A stretch of DNA of 64,000 nucleotides from the human T2T-CHM13v2.0 reference genome, Homo sapiens: NCBI RefSeq assembly GCF_009914755.1, contig NC_060930.1, one strand, 5' to 3'. A program made the position numbers and the translations under genes. Shown here in pieces: positions 14,118 through 26,054 of this stretch. Each line of letters starts with the position of its first letter. Within the stretch, counting starts at the first letter, position 1. Under the pieces are notes generated by a model. It was not told where the DNA came from. It was given only the letters and a program-made list of their open reading frames with translations, and did not search any database.

Positions 14118-15031
14118 GTGAGACTAAGGACTCTGAATTCCTAAGTGTTTTATAGCTTTTAGCCCAAGACACCTTCAGGAAAACAATAATAAAACAAAAA
14201 GAAGTTAAGATACTGACCTGTCCAGCTTATGTTGCAGTGAGAAAATCTCTTTAGGGCTTCTTGAAACTTCTACATTTCTAGTATTTAAATAGATGGTCTA
14301 GTATTATCATAATTTTAAAACTTGAGTAACAGCTAGCAACTAAGAAAAAATTATGCAAATAAGTGAAAGTAAAATTGTTGCTGTGAATAAAGCAACACGA
14401 CCCTTTAGAAGTCATTAAATTGTAAATCAATTAACTAAAGATGATTCTCTGGGCATATTTATTTGAAGTTTTTTTCAGACCATTAGAAATTTTAAAAAAA
14501 CTTGAAGCATTAAAACTTCAAAAGGCTTTTGATTGATTTGGATGGCAGTTTTCTGCATTTTGAAATTCTTCATACTACAGTTAGAATTTTTAAATTATTC
14601 TGATTAGATTCAACATTCCCATGCATAGAGGCCAAATAGTTATACAAATGGATAAATATAGCTTAAACTTCCAGATGTCAAAATGATGACAATGTCTTTT
14701 TAAGTTTTGATAATAGGGTTCAAACTGTAGGTGATACGCAGGTGTAAATGGAAAATGTCTAGCAAAAACTTGGGTATAATATTTCTCTCTGAAAGTAAAT
14801 TGATAAGGTTAACACATAATGGAAGTATGATGTCATCTTGAAAACCAAAAAGTTCCCAGTTCCTCAAGATTTGACACTATAAGAAGTAACTTTTTAGATT
14901 GTCATTTAAAAAATACAATCGCTTTATTAGGAGAAATCCTGTAAATAAAGAACACTTTCATATCACAGGCTTCCTGAAAGTCTGGAGAGCTCAAGTTTAG
15001 AAAAATGAGATACAGCATTTATCCTCTGCAG

Positions 15032-15081
15032 GACAAAGAAAGAAGAATTTGGAAGATGGAGAACAGTGTAGAAAAAGAGAG
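15032..15081 (+). other. Candidate 50-nt internal exon (unvalidated)
   Basis: Acceptor tttatcctctgcAG|G, purine-rich body with GAAGAA, consensus donor GAG|gtaagt at 15082. Confidence 0.4.
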
Positions 15082-15232
15082 GTAAGTAACAGGATGTGAA
15101 GAAGGAAGAAAGAGGAGTACAAGAAGGACGTGAGGTCGACCCTGCCTGCAGAGGAAGATCCAGAGAGAAAACCATAATGACAGTTGACTACAAGTAATTC
15201 TGGGAGACAGAGTGTCTAATAGAGATTTATTT

Positions 15233-15532
15233 ATTTATTTATGAGACAGAGTCTCACTCTGTCACACAGGTTGGAATGCAGTGGCACCAGATCTCAGCCC
15301 ACTGTAACCTCTGCCTCCCGAGCTCAAGTGATTCTTCCACCTCAGCCTCCCAGCTAGTTGAGACTACAAGCATGAGTACCAAGCCCAGCTAATTTTTGTA
15401 TTTTTTGTAGAGATGGAGTTTCACCATGTTGCCTACGCTGGTCTCGAACTCCTGGGATAAGGCGATCCACCCTCCCAAGCATCCCAAAGTGCTGGGAAGT
15501 GGTGGCTCACCAGTCAGCCACTGTGCCCAGCC
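15233..15532 (-). mobile_element. AluJ (Jb-like)
   Basis: ttttttgtagagatggag and gagctcaagtgattcttccacctc J-type features; perfect TSD tagagatttattt at 15220-15232 and 15533-15545. Confidence 0.92.
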
Positions 15533-16163
15533 TAGAGATTTATTTAAGGAGCACATAACAAACATACTGGTATGAAGCCTCCCTTTGACACACGATGCAT
15601 CGGCATAATCTGCCTACTGTAATCATTAATGTTTTCTGTAAGTAGGGATGTGTATATGTATGTAAAAATTTATAAAGGACAGACTATCACGTCTGAATAA
15701 ATGCATGAAGGAGAAGAAGCAGGAATGTAATGACAGAGGAATAACTAAAATAATAACTATCCTCTGAGAACATACAGAAATCTTGGGAAAGGCTATGGAC
15801 TCCAAGAAGCTCTAGAATTAGGAATTTAACAGGCAGTTTTACCTAGATCTCCATGGGCAGGGATTCTGTGGCTGACATTTATGTTATATTATCATGTTTA
15901 AAGAAAAATTCCTTTGATGGGAAAGAGATAGGTTTGAACAGCAATAAAAATGTAAAAACCAGGAATTCACAGAGGGAAATGTTAATAGTACTCATTCAGA
16001 CACTGCAGGGAAGACAGTGTCTTGGCTCAGAACCAAACAACTCAGTTCCTGATGCCCTTTGTGGAGGCAGATGCATTAAGATACAATAAACAATATTTAG
16101 ATTATTCCTGCACTCAACGACTATCTGCGAGCCACATAAAGCTGTGTGGAAGTACTGCTGCAA

Positions 16164-16923
16164 TTTTCTTTTTTTTTTTTTTTTTTCTTTTTTTTTTTAT
16201 TTTATTTATTTTTTTTTTTATTATACTCTAAGTTTTAGGGTACATGTGCACATTGTGCAGGTTAGTTGCATATGTATACATGTGCCATGCTGGTGCACTG
16301 CACCCACTAATGTGTCATCTAGCATTAGGTATATCTCCCAATGCTATCCCTCCCCGCTCCCCCGACCCCACCACAGTCCCCAGAGTGTGATATTCCCCTT
16401 CCTGTGTCCATGTGATCTCATTGTTCAATTCCCACCTATGAGTGAGAATATGCGGTGTTTGGTTTTTTGTTCTTGCGATAGTTTACTGAAAATGATGGTT
16501 TCCAATTTCATCCATGTCCCTACAAAGGATATGAACTCATCATTTTTTATGGCTGCATAGTATTCCATGGTGTATATGTGCCACATTTTCTTAATCCAGT
16601 CTATCATTGTTGGACATTTGGGTTGGTTCCAAGTCTTTGCTATTGTGAATAGTGCCGCAATAAACATACGTGTGCATGTGTCTTTATAGCAGCATGATTT
16701 ATAGTCCTTTGGGTATATACCCAGTAATGGGATGGCTGGGTCAAATGGTATTTCTAGTTCTAGATCCCTGAGGAATCGCCACACTGACTTCCACAATGGT
16801 TGAACTAGTTTACAGTCCCACCAACAGTGTAAAAGTGTTCCTATTCCTCCACATCCTCTCCAGCACCTGTTGTTTCCTGACTTTTTAATGATTGCCATTC
16901 TAACTGGTGTGAGATGATATCTC
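16164..16923 (-). mobile_element. L1HS-Ta (Ta-0 type), 5'-truncated, about 0.7 kb plus tail
   Basis: Ta-diagnostic ACA (tgt at 16311-16313 on +), cttaGagtat (C at 16228), agatatcatctc; ORF2 reads YPKDYKS (Ta-0 type); long T tract 16164-16219. Confidence 0.93.
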
Positions 16924-19129
16924 TTTATTAAGTGTCAACTGCTCAGTAATGCTTACTATAAAAACTATTAAAATTATAGTTCTGATGCCCCCCAAAAAAA
17001 AAAAAACCAGAAGCCAAGAAATTAACATAAAGTTGGCCCGGGTTGGTAATGTGCCATACTGTCTGGAAAAAACAAATACGGATCCTCTCTGTAATGACTC
17101 ACCCTTAGTTAAGCCTTTTAAAATACTCCCAGATTTTAAGATTGTCCAATATAGGCTCAGAGTCAAAAACTGTAGAACATATGTGTAAGGGACAGCTAAA
17201 CTGACATAGACTCCTAAGGACTTATAGGAATGATCAGAAACAAATTAACATTTAAAGAGATGAAAAATGAAAAAATTAAAGATCTTAGAAATGATTCAAA
17301 ATTATGTAAATTAAGAACTCTTGTCCTGGAAACCTATGCTGGGGAAAGCACCAATAGGATTTGGCAAGGACTTGTCATGATTAACTGAATAGATGAAGAA
17401 AAAAGATATTGATGGGATGTTAAGGACTGACAAGGAAAAAGGAAGAGAAAAGAGAAGATTATGAAATGCAAATGTGTATATTTAGCAACAAATCAGATGG
17501 CCAGAGTAAATGACAAATACCAATAAAAAATGGCTGAGATTTCATTCTTTGGAAAGTCAGTCTCAGATGAGGAAGCTGTAAGTATTCACAAAGTTCATGG
17601 AAAACACTAAATTTCTTTAGGTCATCAAAAAAATATGAGAAGATACTCCTTCAAACATGAAATTATTCTCACATTCATAGGAGTATTCTAATTTAAAAGT
17701 ATTCCTATATTTTTAAAAATTAAAAAAATTAAAAGCAAAAAAAAAAAAGATACAATAAACAGATGCTATTAAATAAATCCTTTCACTAATATCCTTTTTC
17801 ATTTCATTCTATATTTAGCAATATGGAATATAATATTCTGATTATAATTTGGCTTGTTCTTTTACTACAATTATGCTATTTTTAATTAATAAAGTGACTT
17901 TTATGCATCAGCTTTATGAACTTAGTTAATGGGCATCTATCAGTGAAATGGATATACTCTAAAAGCTGAAAGATCGAACTTACTGACACACACAAATGAA
18001 GTCCAGACCCTGGACCATGGCAAATATACCAGCTGGTATGTAAAATGTAAAGTCTCTTAGTAAAAAAGCCAAGTTAGCTTTTCTTAATGACAACCAGTGG
18101 TTCTCAACACAGAGCTTTTACCTGAATATCCTTGTAACCTATTATAGTTACCTTAATCCATGGCAAACTGACGGTAGATTAGACAAGCTAATATAATATA
18201 TAGACACACGACCATACACATATGTATATAGCATGTATATGGGAGTATATTTTTACTAGTAAAACTTTTATAATTTATAAAGACCTGGTGAGTCTGTTGA
18301 AATTGTGGTAATTATTATTTCACTGTATTTAAAAACAATAATGTGTTAGAAACTATTTAGAATATATTAATTTATCTTCCTTCTTCCCTTCACTGTCTTA
18401 AATAGTTAAATTAAGAAGTGTTGCTTGACCACAGAATGTGATTCTTGATACACCATTTGTTTCATATCACTCTCTTCTACTAGGACACTAATAACAGATT
18501 GTAAAAAATAATAATGATAATATCTGTTGGTGATATTTTGACTTAGCCCTTTAAGTCAGGTAGACTTTATACACAGATGAACATCTTAAAGAGCGGTTGT
18601 ATAAAAGAAGAATAGCTAAAACATCTACTTGGAAACGAGAGTAAAACTAATAGAGGAGCCATAGACTGGAAGAATGGAATGAACCATATTCTAAAAATTT
18701 TGATGAATGCAAGCAGTAGGCATGTTAGGAATGAGAAAATAAGATATATCAATAATTATGATTAATGATTATGGTTTACTTTTCCAAAGCAAGTGCAGTT
18801 AAAGTGAGGGAAAGATCCAGAGAGTGTCTGTTAGAACTCTTTGCCAAAGGGTATTTGAATTCAATATTGCTTGGCTTCAAGAAGCCACAAAAACTCGAGA
18901 CCAAGGTTGTGAATAATAAGCCACATTGTCCCTAGAAAATTGGTAGGACATGAGGAGACACAGATACCACGGACAAGAAACCAAAATTCTCAACCAAGTT
19001 TGGTAGATGAGGAATGAATCTCAGAGAAGGAAGGATCTTTTCAAGAGGAAGGAAGAATCACAGAACCATCACAATACCAATCCTTTCTGCAGACTCCATG
19101 GCATGTGGAATGCTGGAGAACATGGAAAT

Positions 19130-19345
19130 GGTAGTGAAGGGCTCAGAGGTCCCTGGCCCTGAATCAGTTTATTTGCATTTGACTCTGCTGCTTTCCATTC
19201 AAGAGACTTTAGGAAGTTTTACCCATCTGTTAAAGATGGATGCATTAATTATCTTACTGGATTATTGAAAGATCAATAATATAAAATAAAGTATACCAAG
19301 CAAGTAACAATACCTAGCACAGAATAAATGGTCATTAACCAATAG
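19130..19345 (+). mobile_element. MIR SINE
   Basis: ttttacccatctgttaaagatgg...aacaatacctagcacagaataaatggtcattaa. Confidence 0.65.
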
Positions 19346-19881
19346 CCAGTGGTATTTATTAGAAATGTTAACCTTAAAGAGCTATGATGTCTTTCCTTTG
19401 AGATTTTTCCGTTAAGGAAGGAAGCAAAAAGGAACATTCGACAAACAAGATGAACATATAAGGGGATTGACTTAATCAACAGTAGTCATTCCAGAGAGCC
19501 CAGCTGAAATAATTTAGTGGGTGGGGAAGAATTGGTGGTTTATATTAAAATAAGAGCATTTTAGGAAAAGATACCACTTACGGCTTGTATTTTGACTACT
19601 GGAAAATGGTAATTAAAGTGAGAGACATGATGGGACTAACCACGCATCCAAGGAACCATACACGGATGGGGGATCATCCGAGGACAAAGATTTGGTCTTC
19701 TATCTCTATGCTAAGCAATGCCTAGACTAAAGGCTTTCCTTTTAGGTCTTACATCTTTCAGAACCTCTATACAACGCTCCCCTTCTGCTGATCCCTCAAA
19801 AACATTGACCAACTCTGAACAAGGGATGGTCAATGTTTTTTTAACAAGCTCTACAACACCATTATAAGTTCAGTCACCCAC

Positions 19882-20277
19882 TGCATTAGTCAGAGTCCTC
19901 TGAGAAACAGATGCCAGCAAGATGGGTTTAAATAAGTAAAGATTTTTTAGGGGAAATGCGAGGGTGTGGGAAGAGTTGGAATGTGTAACAAGAAAGCAGA
20001 GAAGGCTGGGAGAGAGGCTTGGATGGAAGGTTCCCAGACTGACATGTCCTTAGGGATGAAGGTTTTGACAAAGCCCTTAAGGGAGTCCTTTGGCCAACAA
20101 AGGAGTTCCGGCACTGGCAGGAGCAGGTCTGCCATCTGGTTCATGCTGCACCCTCGCACTCAGTCATTGGCAGGGAGCCTCCCTGGTGGACATGGCCTCA
20201 ACCTGGTCAATGGACTTCAAATCTCTACTGTTCTGACCTCCTACTGTTCTTCCAGGTGCATTCTCAAGGCTTCCACA
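19882..20277 (-). mobile_element. LTR16-family (ERVL) solo LTR
   Basis: tgcattagtcagagtcctctgagaaacagatgcca...gcactcagtcattggcagggagc...gcattctcaaggcttccaca. Confidence 0.75.
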
Positions 20278-20329
20278 TCAACTGAACAGGATTAACTTGG
20301 ATCTAATTCCTCAGTACAGATTTCAATCC

Positions 20330-21030
20330 TATGCTGGATTGGTTCCACTGCCTACTACATATTTCACCTTAAATACATGCCACAGGATCTCCCAGCTCAA
20401 TATGTCCCAAGCTAAAGTCCCAAACTTTCATTGCGTCCTTTCCCAATACCCCTACCTTAATCTGTTTTTCTATGTTCCATACATTGAATTGCATCAAAAT
20501 CTATTCAGTTAGTTCAAACTTGAGGTAAAACCAAAATCTAAAGTCATCAAAGATTTCTCTTCTTTTATTCCATCAATTTCTTTCAGTGTCAACTATCTGA
20601 AATTTGTCCCTCTTCGTTGTCATTACCTTAGGATGGCCTAGGGTATTGCCAAGTCCCTAGTGTCTCTCACTTTAAATGCTGGGATAGGCTGCTGACTTGT
20701 GTAGTTGCAAATGTATTTTCCACATTGTCTTTTACGAGTCTCAGTAAAATTCTATTCTTATCAGGTTATCTTCCTGCATAAATCCCTCAGTTTTTACACC
20801 CTTTTAGAAAGAGCTGAAGCATGCATGCATGACACACAGGTTGGAATTCTGCTTTCTTTTACATCCTTATACTCTGTTAATATCTACCAGCCTCCCTGGG
20901 CTCTGGCCATATGGAAATTGCTGGACTTAACTGAACTCAAAATGCACTTTATAGGCTTCTGTTTCTTTGCTGATACTACTTCTGCTTTGTGGAGTGCATC
21001 TTTCCTTCTCTCTGGCCATTTTCTACATTA
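20330..21030 (+). mobile_element. L2 fragment
   Basis: ccacaggatctcccagctcaatatgtcccaagctaaagtcc and other pyrimidine-rich L2 motifs. Confidence 0.55.
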
Positions 21031-21279
21031 TTTTCTACAGCAAAATAAAATGATGCTTCTCAAAGAAAAGTGAAGAATTTGAGATCATCAAAAATGTAAG
21101 TTTAAGTAACAAATAGTTGAAACAGGTGATCCTTAGGGAAAAAAAAAGGATTTTATTTTAAGGACAAGAGGATGAGGGCAAAAACATGTTTATTTGTTTA
21201 ATGATGCAGTTAGAACTATGAAGCAGCAAATTTGGTTTAAGAACAGAATGGAAAAATCAGGGGTTGATTGGACAGAATA

Positions 21280-21505
21280 TGTTAGATAATTATACCATGA
21301 CTATGTTTTAAATGACAATTCTTATATTTTAAAGATACATGCTACTATATTTAGGGGTGAAATGATATAAAGCCTAGATTTTGCATCAAAATAATCCAGA
21401 GGAAGGTTAGTAAGGAAGGTAATGAATTCAGAATCATTTAAGCTGAAGAATAAGAATATAGTAATATACTATTCTCTATCTACATTTTACATTTTTTAAA
21501 CATTA
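21280..21505 (+). mobile_element. Old L1M (MC/ME) 3'UTR fragment
   Basis: aagatacatgctactatatttaggggtgaaatgatataaagcctagattttgcatcaaaataatcca. Confidence 0.65.
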
Positions 21506-23493
21506 AGCTGCTTTTAAAGACCCTGGGAAATAGTAATAATAACATGGTAAAGAAATAAGAATGGAAAAAGTACTTAGCATAAAGACATGGATAGGTGTCT
21601 ATTGTGTAGATATAGTGAGATATATACATGAGGTTTGCAAGGCAGAATAAATAAGACACCTCTAAGGAAAGTTTTTTTAAAAATGAAAATAGAGTTTATG
21701 AAAGTCTTTAGAAAGTCTTGTAATAAGTAAGACTAAACCACAACAAAAAACCCTCAAATATTTCTATGTGCCTGTGTGTGCACGTGTGTATTTGTGAAGG
21801 ACAGAAGTGAAGAAAAGCCAAATATGTCAAAAAGGAAAAAAAGAAAAACTGAGTGCATTTCATTGGCTTTGGAGTCCTGCAGGTTTCTCACTACAGAGGT
21901 AAATGTCCTGATCCCTGAGGCAGAAGCCTGAGGCTGTGCACTTTGCCTTAGAACAGTTCCACTGTCTCATTTCACAGGGAGATGTCCCTGGGTACATTAC
22001 TCTAAAAATACGAAAAATCCTAGAACTGAATTTTCCTGCTGAAAGGGTTGCTTATGGCAATTTTCACAATTGGATCCTCAGATGTTCCTTTGGCACTCAA
22101 GCATCCTTTAGATTGTGGAACATTTAGACAATGCACATAATTGATATATACTGATTTGTCTTCACTGAGACTCCAGATAGAATGGCAAAAGTCCCATCTG
22201 TACTCCTCCCCCTCACCGCTACCTCAATTGGCCCTGCCTTGGAGAACACAACAATATTAACAAAGCCATCCCTTACTTGTGATTATTGATTTCATCTAAT
22301 TTTCATACTGTCACTCATGATAGATACGGTTAATTTTTGCTGTTCTGTATGTATATTGGATATTGTCATTTATACCATTAATCACACACATAATTGTCAT
22401 AAGAACAGAAATGCCTTTTCTTAGACATTTCATTCTAAAATATAATTATCCAGACATCCTGCTGTTAATGGCATTGAATCCTAATTACTTCAAAATGAAG
22501 CCATTATTCATAAACTTAGAACCTGCGCCACACATGTTTATAGTAAGTAGATGGGACAATATTATAAAATTTATTATCTACTGTAGTGCTTATTTTTAGA
22601 AGCTGATTTAACTGCTCAGCTCCTTAGTACTGCTTTTGTCCAATCTCATTAACATATGATAAAATTTACTAGTTTTTATTTAGTGTAAAAAATGATAGTA
22701 GAAATTATTCCTCACTGGCATTCAGAACTACTTGGAAAACTACTCAGTTAATAACAAATGCCTTCATAACACAAACTGGGCCACCAGTAAAATGACATCT
22801 TCCATTATGATTTTCTGTCACAGATGTATACTAACAGATTATTTCTCAAATAATTTGTGATCTAATGATGGGAATTCACAATACAATAATCATATATTAC
22901 ATTGCTATGATACTTTGTAGTTTTCAGAGTGTTTTCATACCCACTATCATATTGGATCTTAAGTATTTTGTTCATGTGGTATTAAAGGTTTTTCACGTTA
23001 CCAACACCAGCAAAATCTCCACACATTCCTTATCAATTACTGATGAATTTAGTACTCTAAAATATCTTTTTCCTTTGTCTATTATCTTCCTCTTCTTTTT
23101 TAAAAGAATTAGTTATCTTTCTGGCTTGTTTTCCTAACTCCCTTAGCATTTATCAATATCTGCATTTCTGCCAATCCAGGGCCCTTTTACCCTCAGGAAG
23201 CTATTCATTTTTTTTTCAAGTCCTTCAGTTACTCATAAATTGGAATTTTGCATTAATTTTAAGGAGCACTTCATTAAGTAAATATCCCAAATAATTTCTG
23301 TACCTTCCTCTTGTTCCCTCTGTTGTTAAAATCATTAATATCCTATTCAAGTCTATTTGTAAAAACTTACTCTGATATTTGTGTGTGAAATGTTTACTAG
23401 TTTTACATCTTAATGTTTAATGCCTATTTGATTATCCTTCATATATGATTTAAATTTGTTGTACTTTTCTGTTTTTCAAAAACAGAAAAGTTT

Positions 23494-23747
23494 CTAGTGA
23501 AGCAGTCAAATTTTAAAGATCCAAAATGATCTCCTTTGACTCCAGGTCTACAACCAGGTCACGCTGATGTAAGAGGTGGGTTCCCATGGCCTTGGGCTGC
23601 TCTGCCCTTGTGGCTTTGAAGGGTACAGCCTCCCTCTTGGCTGCTTTCACAGGCTGGTGTTGAGTGTCTGCAGCTTTTCTAGGCACACACTGCAAGCTGT
23701 CCGTGGATCTACCATTATGGGGTCTGGAGGATGGTGGCCCTCTTCTC
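23494..23747 (-). mobile_element. Isolated inverted THE1A-internal fragment
   Basis: Reverse complement aligns to 25177-25430 of the adjacent provirus; the ORF-track translations of both end VDLESKEIIL. Confidence 0.92.
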
Positions 23748-23790
23748 CATGCCCCATCTCTCTTTGAGGCATGAAGAAATAGACACTCTC

Positions 23791-26054
23791 TGATATGGTT
23801 TGGCTCTGTGTCCCCAACCAAACCTCATTTTGAATTGTATTCCCATAATTCCCATGTGCTGTGGGAGGAACCTGGTGGGAGATAATTTTAATATGCAGGC
23901 GGTTTCCTCCATACTGTCCTCATGGTAGTGAGTAAGTCTCACAAGATCTGATGGGTTTATCAGGGGTTTCCGCTTTTGCTTCTTTCTCACTTTCTCTTGC
24001 CTCTGCCATGATAGAAGTGCCTTTTGCCTCCCGCCATGATTCTGAGGCCTCCCCAGCCAAGTGGAACTATAAATACATTTAAAACTCTTTTTCCCCCCAG
24101 TCTAGGGTATGTCTGTATCACCAGTGTGAAAATGGACTAATACAGTAAATTGGTACCAGTACAGTGGGGCGTTGCTGAAAAGATACCCAAAAATGTGGAA
24201 GCAATTTTGGAACTGCGTAACAGGCAGAGGCTGAAACAGTTTGGAGGGCTCAGAAGAAGACAGGAAAATGTGGGAAAGTTTGGAACCTTCTAGAGTCTTG
24301 CTGAATGGCTTTGACAATAATGCTGATAGTGATATGAACAATAAAGTCCAGGATGAGGTGGTCTCAGACGGAGATGAGGCTTGTTGGGAACTGGAGCAAA
24401 GTTGATTCTTGTTATGTTTTAGCAAAGAGATTGGCAGTATTTTGCCCCTGCCCTGGAGATTTGTGAAACTTTGAACTTGAGAGAGATCATTTAGGGTATC
24501 TGGTGGAAAAATTTCTAAGCAGCAAAGCATTCAAAAGCTGACTTGGGTGCTGTTAAACACATTCCATTTTAAAAGGGAAACAGAGCATAAAAGTTCAGAA
24601 AATTTGCAGCCTGACAATGCAGTAGAAAAGAAAAACCCATTTTTTAAGAAAAAATTCAAGCCGCCTGCAGAAATTTGCGTAAGTGGCAAGGAGCCTAATG
24701 TTAATCCTCAAGACTATGGGGAAAATGTCATCAGGCCATGTCAGAGACCTTCATGGCAGCTCCTCCCATCACAGGCCTGGAGGCGCAAGAAGAAAAAGTG
24801 GTTTCGTGGGCCTTAGCCCAGGGTCCCGGTGCTGTGTGCTGCCTAGGGATTTGGTGTCCTATGTCCCAGCCGCTCCAGCCATCGCTGAAAGGTGCCAATG
24901 TAGAGCTCAGGCTGTGGCTTCAGAGGGTACAAGCCCCCAAGTCTTTGCAGTTTCCAAGTAGTGTTGAGCCTGAAGGTGCACAGAAATCAAGAACTGAGGT
25001 TTGGGGACCTCTTCCTAGATTTCAGAAGATATATGGAAATGCCTGGATGCCCAGGCAAAAGTTGCTACAGGGGCAGGGCCCTCATGGAGAACCTCTGCTA
25101 GCACAGTGCAGAAGGGAAATGTGAGGTGGGAGCCCCCACACAGAGTCCCTACTGCGACACTGCCTAGTGTAGCTGTGAGAAGAGGGCCATTGTCTTCCAG
25201 ACCCCAGAATGGCAGATCCACCAACAGCTTGCACCGTGTGCCTGGAAAAGTTGCAGACACTCCATGCCAGCCCGTGAAAGCAGTTGGGAGGGAGGCTGTA
25301 CCCTGTAAAGCTCCAGGTGTGCAGCTGCCCAAGGCCATGGGAAACCACCTCTTACATCAGCATGACCCGGATGTAGACCTGGAGTCAAAGGAGATCATTT
25401 TGGAGCTTTAAAATTTGACTACCTCCCTGGATTTCGGACTTAAATGGGCCCTGTAACCACTTTGTTTTGGCCAATTTCTCCCATTTGGAATGGCTGTATT
25501 TACCCAATGCCTGTACCCCCACTGTATCTAGGAAGTAACTAGCTTGCTTTTGATTTTACAGGCTCATAGGTGGAAGGGACTTGCATTATGTCAGATAAGA
25601 CTTTGGACTGTGAACTTTTGGGTTAATGCTGAAATGAGTTAAGACTTTGGGGACTGTTGGGAAGGCATGATGTGTTTTGAAATATGAGGATATGAGGTTG
25701 GGAGGTGCCAGGGGCAGAATCTTATGGTTTGGCTCTGTGTCCCTACCCAAATCTCATTTTTAATTGTATTCCCATAATTCTCATGTGCTGTGGGAGGAAC
25801 ATGGTGGGAGATAATTTGAATCATGGGGACGGTTTTCCCCCATACTGTCTTCATGGTAGTGAATAAGGCTCACAAGATCTGATGGGTTTATCAGGGGTTT
25901 CTGCTTTTGCTTCTTTCTCTTTTTCTCTTGTCACTGCCATGTTAGAAGTGCCTTTTGCCTCCTGCCATGTGGAACTGTAAGTCCAGTTAAACCTCTTTTT
26001 TTTCCCCCAGTCTTGGGTATATCTTTATCAGCAGCATGAAAATGGACTAATACA
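23791..26054 (+). mobile_element. Full-length THE1A MaLR provirus (5' LTR 23791-24144, internal region, 3' LTR 25720-26054)
   Basis: Two LTRs (tgatatggtttggct...ggactaataca) with THE1A-type tatcaggggtttccgcttttgc; internal region starts gtaaattggtaccagt; perfect 5-bp TSD ctctc at 23786-23790 and 26055-26059. Confidence 0.95.

Noticed and set aside
18960-18985. REST/RE1-like accacggaca
   Set aside because: Only the central 10 nt match; both conserved flanks (TCAGC and GCGCC) are missing.
24102-25411. Multiple overlapping 75-142-aa ORFs
   Set aside because: All lie within THE1A internal sequence, a decayed MaLR ORF or its chance alternative frames.
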